From the NCBI GenBank assembly GCA_016212295.1, contig JACRGO010000042.1, positions 1-61,754 of the forward strand: a stretch of DNA of 61,754 bases, read 5' to 3'. Numbering within the stretch: position 1 is the stretch's first letter; the number at the start of each line of letters is the position of its first letter. Shown here piece after piece: positions 52,298 to 59,839 of the stretch. The DNA is from Nitrospinota bacterium (lineage in GTDB: Bacteria; Nitrospinota; Nitrospinia; JACRGO01). The notes below the pieces were generated by a model that did not search any database, had not been told where the DNA came from, and worked only from the letters and a program-made list of their open reading frames with translations. Position numbers and translations under genes: made by a program.

Positions 52298-53449
52298 TTG
52301 AACAACCTTAAAATCCTCATGGTCGCCGGGGAGGCGTCAGGCGACAGGCATGGCGCGGACCTGATTCAAAATCTTTCCAGGACCTTTCCGGGTCTCAAGG
52401 TGGCCGGGATCGGCGGCGATAGAATGGCGGGACGGGGCGCGGAGATATTTTTTCATATCCGCGACACCGCGGTGGTGGGCCTGGTAGAAATTCTTGGAAG
52501 CGTCGGCTTCTTTTATGGCCTATACAAAAGGATGCTCCGGGAGATTGACGCCGGGGGATACGACGCGGTTGTACTCATCGACTACCCCACGCTCAATCTC
52601 CGCCTCGCGGCCAGGGCTAAAAAACGGGGAGTCCCGGTCTTTTATTACATCTCCCCCCAAGTGTGGGCCTGGCACGGGAGCCGGGTGAAAAAGCTTGCCC
52701 AAACCGTTACCAAAATGCTGGTGATCCTCCCCTTCGAGGAAAAGATTTACAGGGACGCGGGTCTTCCCTGCGCCTTTGTGGGCCATCCCTTCCTGGACAT
52801 AGTGAAGCCGGATGTTTCCAGGGAAAAATTCTGTGAAAAACATGGACTCGATCCCGCTCGGAAAATCGTGGGACTCCTCCCCGGCAGCCGGAATAACGAG
52901 ATCAACTCCCTGCTCTCCGTGATCCTTCAGTCCGCTGTGATAATCAAAAAAGAAATCCCCGGAATTCAATTCGTCCTCCCGCTGGCGCCCACCATCTCAA
53001 GGGACCGCGTGGCCCCTTTCCTGAAATCCGCCCCGGTCCAGGCCGACTTGGTGGAGGGGGAGACCTTTGACGCCATGAACGCCGCCGACGCTCTTATCAT
53101 CGCCTCAGGCTCCGCCACCCTGGAGGCGGGACTCATCGGGACCCCGATGGTAATAGTATACAAGGTGAGCCCGCTCACCTACTTTCTGGGGAAGAGGCTG
53201 GTGAAGGTCCAGTACATAGGACTAGTCAACATAGTGGCCGGGAAGGCGGTTGCGCCTGAACTCATCCAGCACGAGGCGAACCCTGAACGCACCGCGGACC
53301 TGACCCTTGAATACCTGCGGGACGAGGAGAAAAATTTCCGGACCAGGGAGGAGTTGAAGAGGCTCAGGGAATCCCTTGGCGAGAGCGGCGCTTCAAGACG
53401 CGCGGCCGGGGAGATAGCGGAGAGGCTTAAGAAGAGGAAAGGAAATTGA
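52298..53449 (+). CDS. lpxB: lipid-A-disaccharide synthase
   Basis: ILMVAGEASGDRHGADLI N-terminus, YYISPQVWAWHGSR, and ASGSATLEAGLIGTPMVIVYK. Confidence 0.9.
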   Translation: MNNLKILMVAGEASGDRHGADLIQNLSRTFPGLKVAGIGGDRMAGRGAEIFFHIRDTAVVGLVEILGSVGFFYGLYKRMLREIDAGGYDAVVLIDYPTLNLRLAARAKKRGVPVFYYISPQVWAWHGSRVKKLAQTVTKMLVILPFEEKIYRDAGLPCAFVGHPFLDIVKPDVSREKFCEKHGLDPARKIVGLLPGSRNNEINSLLSVILQSAVIIKKEIPGIQFVLPLAPTISRDRVAPFLKSAPVQADLVEGETFDAMNAADALIIASGSATLEAGLIGTPMVIVYKVSPLTYFLGKRLVKVQYIGLVNIVAGKAVAPELIQHEANPERTADLTLEYLRDEEKNFRTREELKRLRESLGESGASRRAAGEIAERLKKRKGN

Positions 53450-53730
53450 AAATTTGAAATTGTAAATTGAGGACCTTGCCGGCTCCATAATCCCGCAAGG
53501 GCGAAAGAGCAATTCCGCCAATTTAAACTGCAAGAGTGATTTTTGCGGTTTTTTCTTTTGTCGTTTTAATGGGATAAAGGTATAATAAGTTTCCTGCCAA
53601 TAAAGAAGAAACAAAATGAAGGCATTGATAGTTGACTTAAAAGACAAAACGAACGACGTGCTTTATAAGAAGCGGCGGGAGAAGGATTTAAAGAACCACC
53701 CTTTTTTCGGAATGTTGGAAGCGGACAAGG

Positions 53731-53820
53731 TAAATCCTTTCTTCCTTTTTCGACGTTCGATGTTCAGCGTTGGATGTTCGATGTTCAATTCTTTAAAGCC
53801 CGCCCGAAGGGCGTTAAATT
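53731..53820. repeat. family B half element with conserved tail
   Basis: TAAATCCTTTCTTCCTTTTTCGACGTTCGATGTTCAGCGTTGGATGTTCGATGTTCAATTCTTTAAAGCCCGCCCGAAGGGCGTTAAATT is about 90 percent identical to 75-163. Confidence 0.9.
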
Positions 53821-53918
53821 CTAATCCAACCTTGGGGCCGCTGACGCCATCATAGCCGCGACCGCGGTTGAGAATGATTTAACCCTTCTGACGTCTTTTC
53901 TCCAGGCCGGAACGCGCC

Positions 53919-56900
53919 ATGTCCGACATACAAAAATACATTTCCTTTCTAAAGGTCCACCCTCCGTTCAACCAGATGCCATACGATCTCGTGGAAAAGG
54001 TGGCCTGGACGCTCCAGGTCCACCACTATGGGGCCGGCCGGACCATCTTCCGCAAAGGTGAGGAGGCCATGATCTTCTACATCATCCACAAGGGGGTCGT
54101 CAGGGAACTGGTCCGTGGAGATGACGGGAAGGAAACGGTTATTTCCCTGCTCAGGAGCGGAGAGTGTTTCGGGGCAATATCCATCCTGACAGGCCAGAGG
54201 CGGAGGCTGGACGCGGTGGTGGAGGAAGACGTGGAGCTGTACGTCATTTATAAGGCCGACCTTGAGCGTCTGTTTTCCGAAAATCCCGGCATGATCATGT
54301 ATTTCAACCGGATACTCACCTTCAAGCTCAACATGTTTTTTGAGTATTTTGACAGGGGAATGATCACCGTGGCAGGTAAGGACAGGTCCACCGAGGAATT
54401 GGCGAGGGAACTTTCCGCCATGGATGAAATCGCCAAAATACTGAGCGCGGAGGGCGATGTTGAGGACTCCTTGCAGCAGGTGGTGGAGATCCTCAGGGAG
54501 TGGACCCGGACGGACGCCTGTTCCATGTTTCTTCTTGATAATATGTCGGACCGCCTGGAACTCAAGGCGTCCTCCGGTTTTGATATCCCGGAGGGCAAGC
54601 CGGTCATCATGAAGGCCAGCGAGGGAATAACCGGGTGGGTAGTGAGGAACTGCGAGCCGGTGAAGCTCGAAAACGCCTCTTCCGATCCGCGGGCCAAGTT
54701 CATCGCCGAAATCCATGAGGAGCGTTTTAAATCGATCCTCTCCGTGCCCCTGGTGGCTGGTGGGGAATCCTTCGGAGCGATCAACTTCCATACAATCCGC
54801 CCCAGGAAATATAAATACGAGGAGGTAAAGGGGGTGGCCATAGCCGGAGGGCACATAGCCCTGGCCCTCTCCAACGCCAAGCTCAAGAAGAGGATAGAGG
54901 TGGACACTGATATCCTGCGGCTTGAAAAGGGGGCGGAGCCTGACGACTTCGTCGGGAGGAGTCCGCTGTCGAAAAAAATAAACGAATTCGTGGACAAGGC
55001 CGCTGGTTCCAGTTCACCGGTCCTTATAGAGGGGGAGGCGGGCACCGGGAAGGAGCTCATCGCGCGGCTTATCCATTCCAGCGGGACCAGAAAGGGCGGC
55101 CCGTTTCTGGAGGCCGACTGCGGCCAATTCGCCGCGGATAGCTGGGGCGCTGAATTATTCGGCATGGAAGGGGAAGAGGCGGGGCCTGCAAGGATACTGA
55201 GGCGGGGTTATGTGGAAATGGCCGAGGGAGGGATTCTCTTTCTAAGGAATATCGAGAAACTGAACGGCGTCTGCCAGATGGCCTTGTTCAACTTCCTGGA
55301 ATCGGGGTTCTTCAATCGGGTGGGGAGCAAGACGCAGATCGGCGGCAATGTAAGGATAATCTGCTCCTCCAAGGCGTCTCTCAAGGAGCTGGCGCACAGT
55401 GGTTCTTTTAATAAAAACGCTTACGAGGCATTGAGCAGGTTCGAGTTCAAGCTGGAGCCTTTGCGGAAGCTGAAGAGATTCGTGCCGGAATTGTGTGATT
55501 ATCTTCTCAAGAGGATCGGCAGGCAGATAGGCAAGGAAGGCATGGCCCTCTCGGCGCCTGCCGTGGAAAAAGTCCTCTCTTACGACTGGCCAGGAAACGT
55601 GGCGGAATTAGAAAACGTCCTGAAAGGCGCCGCGATCCTGACGGAAGGGAAGGTGATAGGCGCCGGGCAGCTCTTCTTCCCGGCCCGGTCCTTAAAGGAC
55701 AAGCCTGTATATGACCTCCTTGCCCATTCGTGGTTGTCGAATTTTCTGCGGGGCAGGTTCTTCCCGGACTATCTGGGGAAGGGGATGTTTTTCATTTTCG
55801 CCGTCCTGCTGGGCTATCTATTAACGCACCCGGATGAAAAATTCTTTACCTCCGGGATTTGGGCTATTGGATGGTTCTCCATCTTTTTAAGCGCCTTTTT
55901 CCTGGGCCGGGTCTTTTGCGCCGTGTGTCCCTTCATGGTGGGCGGCGACCTCCTGCGAAAGGTCAAATCATTCAACCTGAAGTGCCCGCCTTTCATTTCC
56001 AATCATGGCGAGGCCGTTGCCGCTGCCTTGATCTTCGTGGTCCTGTGGATGGAGGGGGCCTTCGGATTCCATTTCACTCCCTTGTACACAGCGGGCTTGC
56101 TGCTATTCATCGCCCTTGGGGCAATGGCGTGTTCCGTTCTCTTTCAGAGGCGGGTGTGGTGCCGCTATCTGTGTCCAATGGGGAGCTTCATAGGGACCTT
56201 TTCCCTGACCTCGTTTTTGTCCGTAAGCGCGGACCGTTACGTATGCACCTACCGCTGCGCCAATCATGAGTGCTATGTGGGCAAGGGGGACTCACCTGGC
56301 TGCCAGTTGTTCTTGCATCCTTACGGTATGGAAAGCCAGGCCCAGTGCGTTTTGTGCATGCAGTGCCTGAAGAATTGTCCCTTGGGCGCGGTGAACCTGA
56401 ATCTCCAATTTCCGGCCACTGGAATCATTGCAATGGTGAAGCCCTTCATGGCCGCGGCTTTGGCGTCCTCCGGACTGCTGGGCGTCATGCCAGTGGAAAC
56501 AAAGGCCATACTTGGCCCAGGATCGTTTTTCTTCGACGATTTTAAGTCCATGGCCGGCATGGGCGCGGCGCCGCTTTACACCGTTATTTTCCTGTGCGCC
56601 GCCGTTCTGCCAGCCTTTCTTTTCTTTTTAGTGGAGAAGGTCCTGGGCGGACACGGCTTCAGGAAATCCATGGCCCGCTTTGCGTGGATAGGGTATTCGG
56701 CGCTCCCCCTTGCCGTATTGGGACACGCGGCCTTTTACTGGAAGAAGGTCGTGATGTGGGTAGAGGACGGGATGCAGGATTATGGAATACTGCCTATTGA
56801 TTTTCTTTCGGCCAACCTGATTTTTTACGCCTTGTATTTCGCGATAATGATTTTAGGGGCGCTGGGTTCCATCCATACCTTTCTAAGGCTAAGCCGCCAT

Positions 56901-56996
56901 GAACCGCGGCTGCTTCAAACCGGCGGGAAGGTCAAGGCCGGTTACCTGGGCATCCTGATGTTTTATATGTTCCTCTACATCCTTTCCGTTGCCTGA
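53919..56996 (+). CDS. cNMP-binding - GAF - degenerate sigma-54-type AAA+ - NapH/NosR-like polytopic 4Fe-4S membrane domain protein
   Basis: cNMP fold (FGAISILTGQRRRLDAV). GAF (ITGWVVRNCEPVKLEN...SILSVPL). AAA+ with Walker A GEAGTGKE, ELFG and WPGNVAELENV, but no GAFTGA loop (MEGEEAGPA instead) and Walker B LFLRNI instead of LFLDEI. There is no C-terminal HTH. Instead there are more than 8 TM helices with CAVCPF, WCRYLCPMG and CVLCMQCLKNCPLGA. Confidence 0.75.
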   Translation: MSDIQKYISFLKVHPPFNQMPYDLVEKVAWTLQVHHYGAGRTIFRKGEEAMIFYIIHKGVVRELVRGDDGKETVISLLRSGECFGAISILTGQRRRLDAVVEEDVELYVIYKADLERLFSENPGMIMYFNRILTFKLNMFFEYFDRGMITVAGKDRSTEELARELSAMDEIAKILSAEGDVEDSLQQVVEILREWTRTDACSMFLLDNMSDRLELKASSGFDIPEGKPVIMKASEGITGWVVRNCEPVKLENASSDPRAKFIAEIHEERFKSILSVPLVAGGESFGAINFHTIRPRKYKYEEVKGVAIAGGHIALALSNAKLKKRIEVDTDILRLEKGAEPDDFVGRSPLSKKINEFVDKAAGSSSPVLIEGEAGTGKELIARLIHSSGTRKGGPFLEADCGQFAADSWGAELFGMEGEEAGPARILRRGYVEMAEGGILFLRNIEKLNGVCQMALFNFLESGFFNRVGSKTQIGGNVRIICSSKASLKELAHSGSFNKNAYEALSRFEFKLEPLRKLKRFVPELCDYLLKRIGRQIGKEGMALSAPAVEKVLSYDWPGNVAELENVLKGAAILTEGKVIGAGQLFFPARSLKDKPVYDLLAHSWLSNFLRGRFFPDYLGKGMFFIFAVLLGYLLTHPDEKFFTSGIWAIGWFSIFLSAFFLGRVFCAVCPFMVGGDLLRKVKSFNLKCPPFISNHGEAVAAALIFVVLWMEGAFGFHFTPLYTAGLLLFIALGAMACSVLFQRRVWCRYLCPMGSFIGTFSLTSFLSVSADRYVCTYRCANHECYVGKGDSPGCQLFLHPYGMESQAQCVLCMQCLKNCPLGAVNLNLQFPATGIIAMVKPFMAAALASSGLLGVMPVETKAILGPGSFFFDDFKSMAGMGAAPLYTVIFLCAAVLPAFLFFLVEKVLGGHGFRKSMARFAWIGYSALPLAVLGHAAFYWKKVVMWVEDGMQDYGILPIDFLSANLIFYALYFAIMILGALGSIHTFLRLSRHEPRLLQTGGKVKAGYLGILMFYMFLYILSVA

Positions 56997-57000
56997 GGGG

Positions 57001-57196
57001 GAAACCAAATTTCAAATGACAAATAACAAATCCCAAATAAATTCCAAATTACAATTGCTGAATGTGCTGAGCAATTCCTTTTCCTTGTTTGTTCTTTGTA
57101 ATTTTGGTTATTGAGATTTATTTGTGATTTGACATTTGTGATTTGGAGTTTCATGGCGCGGCACGGCCGCAACCAAAATAAATTTCGACGTATTCA
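57001..57196. repeat. family A word-hairpin element (full copy) + extended GCGGC-box
   Basis: AT-rich left arm, the loop GCTGAATGTGCTGAGCAATTCC, the right module TTGGTTATTGAGATTTATTTGTGATTTGACATTTGTGATTTGGAGTTTCAT, then GGCGCGGCACGGCCGCAACCAAAATAAATTTCGACGTATTCA. Confidence 0.9.
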
Positions 57197-57310
57197 AACG
57201 CCCATGAAGCGTTGACGATAGTTCCGCGCCCTATCTTCTTTTCATTACTAAATCCCTGGCTCCTGATCCCTGACACCCGTGAACTATTACCGAGAATTTA
57301 ACGGGCGCGG

Positions 57311-57964
57311 TCAAACCTGTTTCAGCCTTTCCAGGTCTTCATCCTTGCCCAATACCACGAGGACGTCGCTGTCCTTTATTATAAAATCAGGGCTTGGAAT
57401 TATATTGAACTTTTCCGGGACAAGCTCCCTTATCGCCACAACCTGCACATTATAATCACTTCTTATTTTCAGGCTCTTGATCGATTTGCCGATAAATGAT
57501 TGGGGAGGGGCTATTTCCATTAAACTGTAGCCGGGCGAGAGCTCGAGTTGATCCAGGACATTCGCGGAGCTCAGGGTGTCGCCCAGCCTTACCGCCATGT
57601 CCCTTTCCGGGAATATTATGCTGGAGGCCCCTATTTTGCTCACTATCTTGGCATGGTCCTCGTTAAGCACCTTGACAATGACTTCCTTTATCCCCAATTC
57701 CTTCAGATACAGGGTGATCAATATGCTGGCGCTCATATCGCTGCCAAGGCTTACTATCACTCCATCGGCCTTTTCCAGGCCGAGGGATTTGAGGGTCTCC
57801 TTATCGCAGCCGTCCGCCACGATGGCCTCGCTGACATAATCCTTTACGTCCTGTATCTTGTCCTTGTCAATATCCAGGACCATCACCTCGCAACCATTGT
57901 TCGCCAATTGCAAGGCAAGGTGGTGGCCGAAACTGCTGAGCCCGATGACAACAAACTGTCTCAT
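57311..57964 (-). CDS. ktrA: TrkA/KtrA-type K+ uptake regulatory protein (RCK N and C domains)
   Basis: VIGLSSFGHHLALQL Rossmann motif. 217 aa. Confidence 0.85.
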   Translation of the reverse strand: MRQFVVIGLSSFGHHLALQLANNGCEVMVLDIDKDKIQDVKDYVSEAIVADGCDKETLKSLGLEKADGVIVSLGSDMSASILITLYLKELGIKEVIVKVLNEDHAKIVSKIGASSIIFPERDMAVRLGDTLSSANVLDQLELSPGYSLMEIAPPQSFIGKSIKSLKIRSDYNVQVVAIRELVPEKFNIIPSPDFIIKDSDVLVVLGKDEDLERLKQV

Positions 57965-58037
57965 TTTTTATCCTCCTGATTACGGTATATAAATTCCTAC
58001 ACTACCATTCCTAAAAGCTTTGTTTTTTTAACAAAGT

Positions 58038-58195
58038 TTCATGAAAATCCAAATAACAATTGTCAAATAACAAATAAATTGCAATAACCAAAATTGCAAA
58101 AAAACAAACAAGGAAATGACATTATTTTGGACATTCGGTAATTGTGATTTGTAATTTATTTGTCATTCGGAATTTGCCATTTGAGATTTTATTTT
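58038..58195. repeat. family A word-hairpin element (full copy, inverted orientation)
   Basis: ATGAAAATCCAAATAACAATTGTCAAATAACAAATAAATTGCAATAACCAA is the reverse complement of the right module of the 47591 and 57001 copies. It occupies the ktrB-ktrA intergenic gap. Confidence 0.9.
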
Positions 58196-58197
58196 CC

Positions 58198-59574
58198 TTA
58201 TCCCGCCATAAGCTCTTCTTCCGGATAACCATATCTTGCAAAATGTTCCTTCTGCCCCATTACCACGGCAACGGAAAGGGGGCCTACTCTCCCTATGAAC
58301 ATCATAAAGGTGATTATCAATTTCCCAAGCGGCGTCAGGCCGGCGGTTATTCCCATGGAAAGCCCGACCGTTCCGAAAGCGGAAATGGTCTCGAATAGTA
58401 TTTCCAGGAAAAACCCCCTGCTTGCCTTATGAGACAACCAACCTGCCTCTGTAATGCAAAGGGCCATTGTGACAAAGACCACGGCCAGACTGGAAACCAC
58501 TATCAATGATACGACCCTTAATACGGTTTGGGAAGATATTGTCCTCTTGAAACACACCGCGACGTCGCTGCCCCTGAATTTTGAAATCACGACCGCGGCC
58601 AGCACCCCCAGGGAGGTGGTCTTTATTCCGCCGCCGGTGGACCCTGGAGAAGCCCCGACAAACATAAGCAGAAGCATTAAAAAAAGAGTGGGATTGGCCA
58701 GCATGCCGATGTCCACCGTATTGAATCCAGCGGTCCTTGGCGTCACCGCCTGAAAATAGGAAATAAGGAGCTTGCTCTTAAGCGGAAGGCCTTGGAGGAC
58801 ATTTTCCTTTTCGAGAATAAAAACAAAAAACGTCCCTCCTAAAATCAGGACCGCCGTGGCCGTCAGGGTAATTTTGGTGTGAAGGGAAATTTTTCTGAAA
58901 TTGGCGTTATTGCCGCGGTTTTTGAAGTAGTCCGCCAATTCCATCAGAACAAAAAATCCCAGCCCCCCCAAAATAATCAGAGAGGTTATCACAAGGTTCA
59001 CGGCCAGGTCATCCTTGAAAGCGCAAAGATTATCCGGGAACAAGGCAAAGCCCGCGTTGCAGAAAGCGGAAACCGAGTGGAACACGGCAAAATATAATGA
59101 TTTTCCAGGTGAATATAAATCCATCCACCTCAACCATAGAATAAACGCCCCGCTCCCCTCTATAACAAAGGTCAAAAAGACCACGCCTCTTAAAAGAGAC
59201 CGGAATTCCTTTTCCGGCGTAGGGGCAAAAGAGCCGGTTACTATTTTTCTGTCCCTGAAGGAAATCTTTTTCCCCATGGACCAGATAAAGAAAGTTGATA
59301 GGGTAATTATTCCCAGTCCTCCGACCTGAATAAGCGCCATTATTATGATCTGTCCGAATTCAGTGAAATAAGTTCCGGTGTCCACCACCGTGAGCCCTGT
59401 CACGCAAACGGCGGAAGCCGAGGTGAAGAGGGCGTCGATAAAGCGCATGGACCCTCCCACAGTCGCCAACGGGAGCATAAGCAAAAAACTCCCGATAAGA
59501 ATGGTGAGGGCGAAGCTTAGGGCAATAACCCTGGCGGGATGAAAAGTTAAAAATGATCTTTTTCTTTTTTTCAT
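58198..59574 (-). CDS. ktrB: TrkH/KtrB-family K+ transporter
   Basis: Polytopic, with repeated selectivity-filter-like segments (CVTGLTVV, QVGGLGI, RTAGFNTV, SPGSTGGGIKT). I chose the ATG at 59574. Confidence 0.85.
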   Translation of the reverse strand: MKKRKRSFLTFHPARVIALSFALTILIGSFLLMLPLATVGGSMRFIDALFTSASAVCVTGLTVVDTGTYFTEFGQIIIMALIQVGGLGIITLSTFFIWSMGKKISFRDRKIVTGSFAPTPEKEFRSLLRGVVFLTFVIEGSGAFILWLRWMDLYSPGKSLYFAVFHSVSAFCNAGFALFPDNLCAFKDDLAVNLVITSLIILGGLGFFVLMELADYFKNRGNNANFRKISLHTKITLTATAVLILGGTFFVFILEKENVLQGLPLKSKLLISYFQAVTPRTAGFNTVDIGMLANPTLFLMLLLMFVGASPGSTGGGIKTTSLGVLAAVVISKFRGSDVAVCFKRTISSQTVLRVVSLIVVSSLAVVFVTMALCITEAGWLSHKASRGFFLEILFETISAFGTVGLSMGITAGLTPLGKLIITFMMFIGRVGPLSVAVVMGQKEHFARYGYPEEELMAG

Positions 59575-59708
59575 TGAAATAATCGCGCCGGACAAGGAGC
59601 AGGGAGATTAAAGGCGCTTCCAATACAATCCCGCTTTTTTTAAAAAAAGAAGCAGAGAGCATTTTACCGCAAGCGACTCAAAATTGCATTTAAATAGTCC
59701 CTGGCCAA

Positions 59709-59736
59709 TTGACATCTTTTATCAAAAGCATATATT
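59709..59736 (+). promoter_or_regulatory. sigma-70-like promoter candidate for the hydrogenase genes
   Basis: TTGACA (59709-59714), a 16-nt spacer, then TATATT (59731-59736). About 100 nt upstream of the ATG at 59840. Confidence 0.35.
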
Positions 59737-59839
59737 ATTACGTGCAGAAATTTACGTTTTTCGCGCAAATTTTTAAGCCGGCCACGTCGCACTATGCTTT
59801 ACATGATGCAAAAACCTATTTTTTGAGGAGCCGCCCGCT

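Noticed and set aside
53616-53855. 79-aa ORF (MKALIVDLKDKTNDVLYKKRREKDLKNHPFFGMLEADK...), possibly an antitoxin-like small gene.
   Set aside because: Only the first ~38 codons are non-repeat sequence; the remainder is read through the family B repeat. The similarity to HPxFGxWK-type antitoxin tails is weak and there is no partner toxin gene. At best it is a remnant.
8549-58195. Possibility that the recurring repeats form a CRISPR array.
   Set aside because: The copies are dispersed singly across intergenic regions on both strands. They lack regular repeat-spacer periodicity, they are imperfect palindromes of variable length, and no cas genes are present.
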